The translations under genes were made by a program, and so were the position numbers. Below the pieces are notes generated by a model, which did no database searches, was not told where the DNA came from, and was given only the letters and a program-made list of their open reading frames with translations. From Tubulanus polymorphus (taxonomy: Eukaryota; Animalia; Nemertea), in assembly GCF_964204645.1 (NCBI RefSeq), contig NC_134034.1, positions 9,188,962-9,252,961 of the forward strand: DNA of 64,000 nucleotides, read 5' to 3'. Each line of letters starts with the position of its first letter. Positions within the stretch are counted from its first letter, which is position 1. Below, one piece after another: positions 13,601 through 25,139 of this stretch.

Positions 13601-14825
13601 GACGGCCAAATTTTTGGACATATGCCATAGCGTCCATCTGCCTCACATGCATATAACGTGGTCCTCCTGTAAATGTTGCAGGCAGTATAACTTTAGTACC
13701 TACTGTTGATGGATTGTGGTCATTGGTGATAAGGGAATCTCTAAGATCTTCATATGTATTGGCTCGAAGCGACTTCTGTTCACGGCGTATAAAATTCAAT
13801 CCTTCACTCTCCACTTTACAATACATATCAACTAAATATTGTTGGAACAGTCACCTACCTAAGAGAATATAATTGATATCCTCGCGAATCATAAGGTGGT
13901 ATGAATAAAACTGTAGCTGAGAGACTTTTTTATTCTGGGGCGTGCGGATGTAAAGATGATATGCATCAGAACCGTGTGGCAGTAGCAAAGGATACTGCAG
14001 GGCATCGTATGACCGATGTAACTCAGAGATATGTTTCAAAGGGCCACTGCGCTGTGAGATTACAATATCTCGATGGTGAGCTGGTTCATTGGGCATCAAA
14101 ATTGCTATTTCAGAGCAAGTTGGGGCATTAAACCTACGGGTGTGCTCACCAGGAGGTTTCCTATTCTCCTCAATGATAATGCTTAGATTTTCACTATTAT
14201 CGTTTATGAGTTCTCTGGCACATTTGAAATCTTTAATATAAGGATTATACATATCAAGTTCATCAGTCAGTTTATCGATGATTTGGGGCTGTAAATTTGA
14301 CCCTATTTGATGACGACGCCCACGCTGCTCTGCTTCATTATCCATGAAGTATACCTGAAGGAACTGTGGTTGACAGTTATCATCAGGATACATGGCGCCA
14401 ATTCTATGACAAACTTGACCCTGAATAGTGAATGTAGGGTTCCAGCCAGTAATTGCACGGAGACGATGGCCAAAACTGGTCATCTGGAAGATATTGTTGA
14501 ATGACCTTATGTTATTCAAAAAGTGGTTTGCCTCACTATTACCCCCACTGAATAAATTTGCCTAATATGGTGGTGGCTCTGGGAATAAAGGCAAGGATAT
14601 TTTGCCACCCATACAACACAATGAAGGAGGTTCACCAATAAATTTTTTGGCACCACAGAAAGAACAAATAATGTCCAATGTCGCAACATCTGTAATGGAT
14701 TCAAATGAATGTCTTTCATATTGTAGTGCTGGTGGTGTCGGATCCACTACTATTGGTGGTGTAGACGGGTGCTGGACTCTTTGCTTCGCTCGTCTTCCAA
14801 TTTGCCGTCTCCTAGGGGTGGGCAT
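10611..14825 (-). pseudogene. Helitron Rep/PIF1-helicase (~1400 codons, two in-frame stops)
   Basis: HUH Rep motifs PDLFITIT, EYQKRGLPHAHILL, KYVFKY; helicase DAPGGTGKT, IVDEAPM, GDFRQILPV, AMTINKAQGQT, YVALSRV. ORFs 14562-14825, 13851-14519 and 10611-13826 share one frame, separated by single TAG and TGA codons. Confidence 0.92.
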
Positions 14826-15040
14826 TTTGAATGGATGAGGACCCTAGCTTCACTAAAAAATACAAAGATTGCAAAAAGATAGAAAGTCAAATTAAAGTGA
14901 AACTTTTATTTTCATAAAAAAGTACAAAAGTTACAGGGTTAAAAAACAATCAATTTCTCTCATTGGACTTGGCCGACATGACCTCCATATCATCAACCTC
15001 GCTGTCACATCACGGACATTGGCTCATCGGATTTTACTGA

Positions 15041-15502
15041 CTACGATTTAACAGACATAGGTTGTTCAACATCATCCTCGGGTTGAGGTTGTCCAATTTC
15101 AACATCCTCGGGTCTCATTATTTGGTCGTATGATCTCGAAAGGATTTCATCTTCAGAGGAATCTATCAGCGGTGGGGCTGATTTTTTTGGGGTTGACGTG
15201 CTGGGTCTGGGTTTCACAGTGGCCGCCGCCGCAGCCTTGTTGTGCACAAACATATTGTATACCTCCTGTTTAATAGAATTTATCTCTCTACTGATCTCAG
15301 TTTTCTGCATTTCTAATGTTTTTCTTAGTAACGGCAACCCTATAGCGACTTTACGCTCTCCATTTACATCAGATGATATAAAAGTTTCATAAGCTGCCAG
15401 GTTCATAGCTGTGTTGTCAATTATTTGACCTACTTTATTATTTAGTCTTGCCAGCTTGCAATGTGGCGGCACTTTTGTCGATGCTGATGAAGATGGTGCC
15501 AT
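15041..15502 (-). CDS. Helitron accessory ORF (153 aa, coiled-coil/acidic), function unknown
   Basis: Intact ORF with a TTTCAG splice acceptor and ACCATGG Kozak context just upstream; AATAAA downstream (~14906). Confidence 0.5.
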   Translation of the reverse strand: MAPSSSASTKVPPHCKLARLNNKVGQIIDNTAMNLAAYETFISSDVNGERKVAIGLPLLRKTLEMQKTEISREINSIKQEVYNMFVHNKAAAAATVKPRPSTSTPKKSAPPLIDSSEDEILSRSYDQIMRPEDVEIGQPQPEDDVEQPMSVKS

Positions 15503-16239
15503 GGTGATCTGAAATATAATAATAATTACAATGTATTTATAAATCTATTATGATGACCCACAATTATTAATTAATTTTCCCTATTATATGATGAGGATAA
15601 ACCTTGATTTGTGAATGTCTGAAGCAGCTGGGGATTCTACACCAAAAATAGTACACGGCAGACAACAATAACAACAGGCTTGACAACAGAAAATCTACTT
15701 GTATGTGTTTGTGTTTTTCTCGATCACAATCATTTTATTTTATGCATTAATAGATTAATCATAAGATTCATGAGATGGTCCCCATATTTTTTTAATTAAA
15801 AATTAATTTTTGGTTTCATTATCTAATTTATTATACACATGTATTCCCTTTTTGTACAATTTTCCCTGTTATACGATGAGCATAAACAGATGAAATGGTC
15901 CCTTGTTCTGTGGATGTCTGAGGCAGGAATTAGACTTACATCTCAAATTTGTAAATAGCTGAATAGTAGTTCTTCGTCTTCCTGACAACAGATGTGGAAA
16001 TCTGAAAAAAAGAATTAAAAAATGATATACAAATTTTACGTTTTTTCTCCATAGTCCGAGTAGCCATTCATGAGATTAAAATTTAATATTCTTTATAAAA
16101 TTAAATAAGTTTTTCTCCATCATCACAATAATCACTATATTCTAATTTTGTTATATATACGGTACATTCAATTACAACTTATAAGATCATGAGATGGTCC
16201 CGGTCCAGGCCATCTTTTTATAAAAATTAAATAAATTTT

Positions 16240-16495
16240 CCATAGGCCTATGGTTCTACTGTTTATAACTTATAATATCATGAGATGGTCCCCGGTCCCC
16301 ATCTTTTTAAAATTGTCCATAGGCCTATGCTTCTACTGTTTATAACTTACAATATCATGAGATGGTCCCCGGTCCCCATCTTTTTAAAATTGTCCATAGG
16401 CCTATGCTTCTACTGTTTATAACTTACAATATCATGAGATGGTCCCCGGTCCCCATCTTTTTTTAATTAAAATAAATTTTCTATAGGCATAGGCC
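16240..16495. repeat. ~78-bp tandem repeat (about 3 copies) in the Helitron 5' region
   Basis: CCATAGGCCTATG.TTCTACTGTTTATAACTTA..ATATCATGAGATGGTCCCCGGTCCCCATC repeated; the core CATGAGATGGTCC is also dispersed over 15770-16950. Confidence 0.85.
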
Positions 16496-18396
16496 TATTA
16501 TGGTTCCATTGTAAGTTATTTATATTCCCCTTCTGTATAGCCTATAGGATATGATGAGCACGGCAAACAGATGAAATGGTCCCTTAATAAGCAGGAATTA
16601 AACTTACATCTCAAATTTATAGCTGAACAATACTCAGTCCGGTCTTCTTCAGACAACAGCTGCTAAGGAAATCTGAAAAAAAGAATGAAAAGATGATATA
16701 CTATTGTATTTGTATGGTTTTTCTTCATCATCATTTTTAATTATAAGATCATGAGATGATCCCCTCTCATGCTCTGGCTCTGGCCCTACCTGGCAGCCTA
16801 CCCTCTTAGTCCTGTCCCCATATTATTATTATTCATAACAATATTTGTACATGCTTTATTTAGTAGCATTTGTGAAGTTATAGGCCCTAAGCCTACTTTT
16901 CTTTACATTTAATCATGATTTTATATGTAGGGTAAACATGAGATGGTCCCATCCACACGAACGGAAGTGGAATGGAACACACGTGTGTGTCTATTTTTAT
17001 TGTATAATAATATCACTTTGTTTGTTGCACATGCAGTCTTCATTTATTGTGTGAAATTATGACTCACCTTCGAAAGCGAACAATGAAGGATCAAATTCAA
17101 TGACGTTGTAATATCGATATGGTTTTACGATCTGATAATAAACAAAACAGCGAACGGACAATGACATGAATGGCGTGAATAGAAATCTCCGCGAGTGTAT
17201 GAGAATGATGTCGCGAAATGACTCGTGCCGTTGAGTGCACTTCTCGGCTACTCGAGAACAATAGTTTGATCTTCAGTTGCTACGCGGCGACACGTACCAG
17301 TGCATTACATGTATTGCAACATTTTATTGATAGGCGGAGTTACCGTCAAATTCAATCGAAATTTCACTAATTTTAGGACCATGATTCTAGTCCCCTGGTT
17401 ACTTTCAATCACTTAAAAAGCCAACCACTGCATTTATATTGATGTTAAGCAGGACCATGGCGATTTCTGTTATCATGAGTGGCCCAGGTAAAGCTCAATT
17501 TGGTTCAGAAAATTGGACAGTTCGTTTTTATTGTATAGATACTGACTAGTCCTCTGAGATGCTCCACTTGCTGATGCCATAGTGTAAATATATGAAATGA
17601 TAATTCTGGTAGTGACTGAAGGTGTCCATAGGTAGCGTAGTCGTAGTCACTCTGCTGTGCCGGGGCGCTCGCTACACAGGTCCGCCTGGGTCGACCGCAC
17701 TCGGGTAGTGAATGCGGCAAGGAGACTCTTGTCTTCGCCAGGAAAGCGTTTAACATATGTAAAATTCGTTCCCCTAAGGATAAATGTCGCTAAAAAGGGC
17801 ACTTACGCAGTATGCTCTCCTCCAAACAGTCGCCTCCCTACTCCACGTAGCCTTAATCTGTGTGGCCAATCCGGCCCCCCAACCCCCTCTCCTCGGAGTA
17901 ATCCGCTTTAGGGGCTTTCCTCTGACGGAACTTGCATTGTTGGTTACTCGGCGGATATGGCTGCCCCCATTCCAAGTGTCCTCTCGCACATAGCTGTCCC
18001 CAGTCACCCAGGAGCTAATTGCGACTCGTGCCAGATCTGTCAAACTAGTCGTATGCATAAGTGTCGTCATTAGCGACGGTCAATAGGGGAATGATCCTCA
18101 TGTAAAACTAAATGGGTTAGGTGCAACAGGAAAACAACATAAATCCTCATCCTTCCTTCTAGTGCCAGCAAATCAAATAAACACAAGATTCGAAGTTTGA
18201 TTGGAATGTATGTACGATTGATCAAATATATATTTTGTTATAATTACAAAATTACATCACGTCAGCACGCAAAATAACTTGTTTCTATACATTTTGATAT
18301 ATAAAGATGTCCCCTTTTTGGCCTGAAAATCCTCAACACATACGTGGGTGCGATGTTGCTGCGGACTCCGGCGGGTATCTACAATAAGGCCAAAGT

Positions 18397-18660
18397 AAAC
18401 GAGCGTTGTAGCTAATAAACAATTAAGAAGTTTACAAAGGAGCGTCAAATAGTTAATGACGAGCGTTTTCGTTAATCGACGATTAAGAAATTTACGATGG
18501 AGCGTCAAATAGTTAACGACGAGTGTTGTCGTTAATCAACGATCATGAAATATGACGGAGCGTCAAGTAGTGAACGACGAGCGTTGTTGTTAATCAACGA
18601 TTAAGAATTATACGACGGAGCGTCAAATAGTTAACGACGAGCGTTATCGTTAATCAACGA
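18397..18660. repeat. ~59-bp CpG-rich minisatellite (~4.5 copies)
   Basis: AACGACGAGCGTTGTCGTTAATCAACGATTAAGAA...GACGGAGCGTCAAATAGTT units. Confidence 0.85.
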
Positions 18661-20293
18661 CAGCGCGCCAGATTGAAAATGTCGTTGACGCAAACTCGAA
18701 GAGTCGACATTCAGAGGCGACGTTACGAAGGAAATGAAACGACCGCGTATTTGAAAGATGAGTAACACTGAATATAGGCGATTGCCATGGTCCGCTGAAA
18801 TAACATTTTGGTGTAAGATTATGAAGATAGCACAGAAGATATACTATACTATTACTATTACAGTGACGAGAGCGTTAAGATGGCATCGTCAAAGGACCGA
18901 GTTTAGACAGACGACACATTTATGGAGAATTTATAATATTAACAGGATTGTAAGTAACCAGTTTATCGCCTGCCCATGACCGACTGACGACACAGCCCCC
19001 GGACACGTCGGCACCCGGGATTTACTGGGAAGGATGCAGCGATCTCGGGGGCAGAAGACCCTGAGACCCGTGTCTTAAATAGAAAGTGGAATCATCTTCT
19101 TACATGATCTATATGATTTGGAGCATTCGTCTTCGTAAAACTGTAAAGCACGAAAGAATTTCTTAAGTGGGCTCCGCCAGAGCCAAGTTGCCATTGAACG
19201 CGATTGCGCTAAATTTATAGTTTTTATGCGGTCAACGCACGCGGCGATTGGTCAAGCGTGATGAGCAGTGATACGCTCCGTGGACGAAGTAGAGCCCGCG
19301 AAATCGTTCGCCCTTGACGAATGATAAAACCCTTAATAAAGACTTAAGACGCGTGAAATAGAATCAAGTTCTATAATATTTTAAGATAGACGCGAAAAAT
19401 GACGACTATAAGACCGATACGGAGATATTTACTACAAAGTAAACCGCACCAACGCAAAAACGCATTAGGGCTTAGAGTGTATAACTTGCGGTGAAATTAA
19501 ACTATCCACAAGTTTCGACATATCCCTTCTCTCTGTTGCTTTGCAGACATTTCCAAAATTAGATGCAGTGATGCGTTTCTTTCTTTCTTCGAACCAGTTT
19601 TTGTTTTTACTCTGTCCCCATGTCTTCTCTTCTATCCGAACAACCTGTTTGTTCCCCACTTAAAACCACAAGCTAGCAATGAAAATAAGTAATTGTTATT
19701 ACATGTTACCACAAAATAACAATATCCATTTTCGAATTAAACCAAATTTGTGAAATGATAAAATATGTCATTTTTCAAATGTTTATTGGGCAAGTTAAAA
19801 TTCTATAAGCAAAATTACTTACATTTTCATTGTGCAAAAATTGATCATCGATGCTAAGTTTCAAATAATCATGATCATTTGATATTCCCCTCAAACTTGC
19901 TGGTGGTAATGTCTGCATTACTGGGAGTCTAACTGACTTTTTCTGACAAAGAGAAATAGAACAAAAATATCAAATGCATGCTACCTAAAATAAAACTTTC
20001 AGCTAGATTAAGCGACGTCTGCCTTGATAACATGAATTTGAATTATAACATTAAACCAAATTAAAGCAAAACACCTACCGGCCAATTTAAAGGTCATTGA
20101 CACGTTATTTTTTTGTGCATTCATTGTCAATATATAGGTTTAAAATATATAATAGCAACATTAAAATCTCTCAGATGTCACTGCATGCGACATGTTTTCT
20201 AATTTTTGTGTTCATATTTCCGTCGCTTCCAATCGTATGTTAACATGACGTAAGTTCTACAGAGTTCCAATAGGCGGCGCCACGCAGCCTATT

Positions 20294-20323
20294 GCGAGTG
20301 ACGTCATTTGATTCGGAAGTGCA
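20294..20323 (+). promoter_or_regulatory. 30-bp CRE plus ETS-like motif upstream of KolX
   Basis: GCGAGTGACGTCATTTGATTCGGAAGTGCA; exact inverted copy at 23816-23845. Confidence 0.55.
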
Positions 20324-20397
20324 GTGTGATTCATAACAAACAAGCTCTCCATCGTGTATTCGCATTTCACGTGGCATATTTTCCCGATAATTTTAAA

Positions 20398-21421
20398 ATG
20401 TCGTCCGATCAAAACACGTCTAGTAGCGACTTAGATGATGATGCAATACCTGAAGTGTCGATTCGCAAATGGGAAGTATTGCCGTATCAGTTTGAACCAG
20501 TCGTGCGCCCAGAAGATAATACCGGCACCGGTACTGAACATGCTGAACAAACTCCTGGTCCGACCGATACCGATTCCGATTCATCTACGGAAAGCGAAGA
20601 TGATCATTCTTTGAGGATTGATAACCTTGACTGGTAATATTTTAACTTAAATTCTATTGCTATCAAATCAAAAAATCACACGAAGCGTACCGCAGTAAAT
20701 AGTGGAAAAAGTGAATTAACCGAACTAATAGACCGAGAAATGTGCGGATTCTGTAAAAGGTGCACTTCGCCGTTGGTACTATAATGTGGATCGAAACCTA
20801 ATAATAAACAATGCAACAATATTTTTCAGGTGCTCTTGTAGATGCAGCACAACGCGAGTGTATTTATGCAGTACTATGCAGACAGCTGAAGAGTGTATCT
20901 GTTGTCGGGAAATACCAATACTGCAGTATATCATGGAAAAGTCGAACTGTAGCTGTATTACAGAAACTCATGGCTTCATTGTGAACTGCCTTGATGCAGA
21001 TGTTTTAACGGTGTCATTCTATGAATATAGTGAGTTAAATGGACCAATTGGAGATGAAGAACCAGTCCACGAGTAAGTTGGTTCAAATAATTTGTAATAA
21101 ATTTTATTTTAGAAAATTATAAATCAACATTCATATGTATAAACATTTTAATTCAATGTGTAAAACACAATTCAGCGCAAGATTTGGATTCTTCAGTCAG
21201 TTCTGGAAATAAACAAAACAAAATTGTAAAATTTGCGTTTATTTTACAGATTATACAGACTAGTGGCATATAGGAGATTTGTTCGGTGGGTGTGGCAGAA
21301 ACTCGGCAAAGGGAATAGACGGATTCTACCATCTTGTGTTGTTTCGAAAATAAGAATGACCTGGCCCTCACAAGATAATATGTATAAGGGGTTTCAATAT
21401 CCAGCAATAAATGATTCATAA
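20398..21421 (+). CDS. KolX (P2X7 cytoplasmic ballast/ZCD-like Cys-rich protein), 3 exons: 20398-20633, 20830-21072, 21250-21421 (216 aa)
   Basis: GT-AG introns give an open frame: PYQFEP...WCSC...EECICCRE..CITETHGF..NCLD...YRLVAYRRFVRWVWQKLGKGNRRILPSCVVSKIR...YKGF. Confidence 0.85.
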
Positions 21422-21449
21422 ATTGAATATGTTGAATTCTTATTTTATT

Positions 21450-23743
21450 CAAATTTTCAATACTTGCCGTAGGTAAGTTAAATCGACTACGATGGGCCAA
21501 CACTATGTCTTCCTGTTCAGCAGTTTTCTCGTAGACATCAGTAAGAGTACCTTTACAGGCTTGCAAAATTATGAATATTAACCTTTTGAAACATGCCAGA
21601 CATCAAACCAGTGTTTAATATCGGGTAAGTCTTCGCAAATGTATTTTCTTATTTGGATGTGCCTGTCAGTCACGAGTGAGGAGATTTTCATGCCATTCGT
21701 TTTCAAAAATTCAATGGACCGCTTGAGCCCTTCGAGTTCCATCGCATTAGAATTCGTGACTTCACTGGACTGCAAATAAAACAAAACATCTACATCTATC
21801 TTGTATATCAAACCCCACTTGAGAAATACTGGTGGATGGGAAGTTAATAATTCACCTGGACAAGCTGAACGTCTAGAACTCTGTTTGTTTCCAAGTCCCT
21901 TAGAGAATACGAACCAAACTTGGCGGTATGTCCTGGAGAGCAACAGCGGGCATCTCCCCCAAGCGTGAGATTTTTTGATTTAAGTTCATTAAACATGGAC
22001 TGTTGTTTTGATTTCCACAGTTTCGAGATTGCAGGGATGAGATACGCAGTCTGCATCACTGAATATGCTCTCTGCTTAATCATGCAAATATTGAAATTCG
22101 CACACATCTTAAGAAATCGTGCGGGCCAAATACCACTGAAGTAAATGGCGGCTGTCATTGAAAGATTCCCCAGCGGCATCCTTCCTTCTAGGTTGAGTAA
22201 ACCAAGTTTTCTGATATTTTTCAGGGCCTTTACATCGAGTTTCTACACAGAGACAAGATCCTAAGACACGCTTCTTGACGATTTCACATGAAGCCAGACA
22301 GATGGTACATATTTGAAAAAGAGTCTGGAGATTTTATGTACTTACTCCTCACCACCGACAATCCAAGTGGGATCATTTCTAAAATCATCAGCATCCATGT
22401 AATCATCATCGTCGTCGTCGTCGTCATCGTCATCTTCACCCACCAAAAGCAGACACTGAACACCGACATCCATTGTTCGCGGAGTTGCCTGACATTGTTG
22501 GGATGATTGTGGCTGGTTTTATGCTACACTGAATGCTCGCCATTCTCCGTGCCTAATCCAAAGGAAAAATATCACAAATAAATCGAAGTATTGATAGGGA
22601 AGTAGTGTACAAACACAAAAACACACTTACTATATAAATCTGAGTCGATTGAGTGCGAAAAGGCAGGGCTTTGTCATCAACATTCAACATTGTTGTCAAT
22701 GTTGATGTAGATTTTTGATCGTTAGGCCTGAAAATATCTGGGCTGTTAGGTCGTGACCGTTTGGCAGGATTCACCGGAGTGCTTGTTTGTATGTCTGAAA
22801 ACGAAGGACCCTCCTCCTCCTCGACAGTTGAGGAAACAGGAATCGTTACGTTATCCGTCACATCTTCGTTTCTGTCCATTTCATCCTCATTAACATTTTC
22901 GGGGAAAAGTTCCTTCATCAGCTATAAAAACATATATTAAATCCTATATTAAATCATTGTCGCTTAAAACAAATTCGATTGATGGGTGGGTAGGCCTAAT
23001 GAAATGACTACTGACTGTCAACGAATGTCAAATGAATCACACAATTTTCATCGGTAAAACCCTCTTCAGTAACCAATAAACACTATATAACAGGCCGTTT
23101 CTGTAGTGTAGTCTACAAAAACGTAGTTTGTAACGACAGAACCCGGTGAATTCGCAATAATCGTCGGTAAATATAACCCGGAAACAATTAGCAGTGTGGG
23201 TTTTTCCAGCTGTGTATCACGATCGAGTTCGAGTCCCACACTATCATTTCCAAACAGACTGACTACTGCGGATTATTTTCACAGGTTATTTGTTTTTAAA
23301 AGGGTTATAGAATCACTAGAGACAAATGTAAATAGAAGAAACTGGAAAAACTCATTGAATTACGAAAGTTAATTTTCCCCAATTACCGATGCGCGTTCAC
23401 GTTTAGCTCTCGACGTTGTTTTCCTTTTGTTTTTCGGCTTCTGAATTCCACCTGGTATAGGATTCCTAGTAAAAATCGTCGGTATAGAACCCAGTTTTAG
23501 CCTGCGTTGTCCAGGCACAAAGCCAATCGAAGTGGCTATCGTCGATGGAACGATAAAACACTCTTTGTCGAAGTGCTCGCAGCACAGTCGAGAATATGGA
23601 GTCGGCTTCCATGAATTCTCTCGTCCACACGCTTTCGTCCACAAACTTGCTAAAAATTTATCTTTAGGAAACGTGTGAAACGATTCCACGCTCGGAACGC
23701 TATAGGAATGCTTCTTACAATTCCCGGCGACACAATAAACCAT
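21450..23743 (-). pseudogene. Kolobok THAP-DDE transposase (spliced, frameshifted, 3' part apparently deleted)
   Basis: THAP MVYCVAGNC..FHTFPKD..LCCEHF..P; GGDARCCSPGHTAKFGSY; SNAMELEGL; VTDRH; FDVWHVSKG. Confidence 0.8.
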
Positions 23744-23815
23744 TATGAAGCCGTAAAACGTAACAAAAGAAGAATAAAATAACCGTATAATAGTAGAACG
23801 AGTGTAGAACGAGTG

Positions 23816-23845
23816 TGCACTTCCGAATCAAATGACGTCACTCGC
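23816..23845 (-). promoter_or_regulatory. 30-bp CRE plus ETS-like motif upstream of the Kolobok transposase
   Basis: Exact reverse complement of 20294-20323, ~70 bp upstream of the ATG at 23743. Confidence 0.55.
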
Positions 23846-24497
23846 TCATGCGATACTAGCGCTCCCTATCGTCGGGACCGCGAAACGAACACAGATCATC
23901 ACGAATCAATAAAAGTGTTTTTTTTTAATAAACATTTTGAATATCAGTTTAAAAACTATTGAGAAATGTTTGAAATATGCATATGGACCATATAAGCACA
24001 TAAACCCAATTTATAAAAATCAATGTGCCAATGACCTTTAAAATGACATGATCATGGTGTCTGCATTTCTGCATTTTTTCTTGTCCTCGGGTCATACAGT
24101 TTTGGTCCACCATCTTTATTTCTTACTTCGGTAAGGTTTCTGGTCTTTACAGGACTATCTTTATGAGCTTTCGCTTGATGAAATTTCTGAAGAATCTACA
24201 GAAACAAAAATAATTCTATTTTAAAAAGTTCACTTGAATTTAAATTCTGAGTCTTCTTAACTAAACTTACTTGAGTGCATGTAATTTCTGTTAACATCTG
24301 ACCGTCCTTGCAGTATTTCGTCAGTGCATATAATACTGTCGTTACATGTTTACAGTGTGCTGTAGGACCCTGTCATACAGCACATTCACATTGGGTTTCA
24401 TGCACTACACCATCCCTTGTTAAGATTATATCGACCTCATAACAAACACCTTTTTCTCATCTCGGCCCAAACAGTTGCAGTAACGTACATATAATAA

Positions 24498-24856
24498 CTG
24501 CAATTCAATTCAATGTTATCTTTATTGCACTGCAATAAATCGATAGTTCGGCAGTCGTGATGAATCCGCTGGAACACCCAACCCCCCCCCCCTTCCGCGA
24601 ATTATTCTAATGAGGAGCCGGTAACACCGTGCGCTCCAATAGATGGCGCACCTGATAGTAGGATAGGATAAATCTAAATAAAGTGCTGTGTTATCCTACT
24701 TGTTTCGCTTTAAAAACGCGATATTCCACTCATCTCACGTCATGCCAGCGCAATGTTGTGTTCCTAAATGCCATATAAAAGGTGGACATCACTTCCCTAA
24801 AGACGAAACCGTCAGAAAAAAATAGATTCAGGCAGTGAAATTGGCGAGAAAAACTA
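24498..24856 (+). repeat. Diverged duplicate of 8630-8990 (flank, ISL2EU left end and THAP start)
   Basis: Direct sequence match including the poly-C tract and AATGAGGAGCCGG. Confidence 0.9.
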
Positions 24857-25139
24857 GGTTGCATCCATGCTCTAAAAATTGGTTTGATGTAGGCCTAATA
24901 TTTCGTTCGCGATGAACCTGGAAGTAAAATGAATCTACCATGTATCGTTTTGAAATAGAAATACCTTTCAGTTAAGTCTTTTTCCCAGAAACTTACAGAT
25001 TAGTATCTGTATAGTGGCGCCATCTGGCGCTCATTTTGACCGGCTCCTCATTGAAGTAACTATCAAAATTTTGATATGCTCCCTAGGTGAAGTGGACTGG
25101 AGAGGGTGGCATTAACAGAGTGACACATAGTGACATTTA

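Larger units (their letters stand above)
10405..17539 (-). mobile_element. Full-length Helitron (7135 bp)
   Basis: 5' end TCTATAC at 17539; 3' hairpin CCCGTCC-GTG-GGACGGG followed by CTAG ending at 10405; inserted between A and T; removing it restores the host frame TFK-ILTSPL. Confidence 0.92.
20091..24037. mobile_element. Kolobok DNA transposon, TIR to TIR
   Basis: TTAA|AGGTCATTGACAC ... GTGCCAATGACCT|TTAA; convergent THAP-DDE transposase and KolX genes. Confidence 0.9.
19465..24495 (-). pseudogene. SWIM-YqaJ gene of the ISL2EU element, split by the Kolobok insertion
   Basis: YVTATVWAEMRK..CYEVDI...ETQCECAV*QGPTAHCKHV at 24340-24495; TWGQSKNKNWFEERKKRITASNFGNVCK at 19465-19659. Confidence 0.7.
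8753..25049 (+). mobile_element. ISL2EU (PIF/Harbinger superfamily) transposon with multiple nested insertions
   Basis: AT|GAGGAGCCGG at 8753 and CCGGCTCCTC|AT ending 25049; THAP-DDE transposase on + convergent with SWIM-YqaJ on -. The right TIR could instead pair with the second left-end copy at 24612. Confidence 0.55.

Noticed and set aside
10690-14838. Plus-strand ORFs overlapping RepHel
   Set aside because: Antisense shadows of the long minus-strand frame with no motifs.
17955-18025. HDV-like ribozyme (GTG-TCCTCTCG-CAC resembles P3/L3)
   Set aside because: No matching P1 or P2 and no GG for P1.1.
18397-18660. Possible CRISPR-like array
   Set aside because: Units are contiguous degenerate tandem repeats with no unique spacers, no cas genes, and a eukaryotic context.
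20398-21421. Host P2X7 receptor gene
   Set aside because: Only the Cys-rich ballast-like domain is present, inside Kolobok TIRs, with no channel domain.
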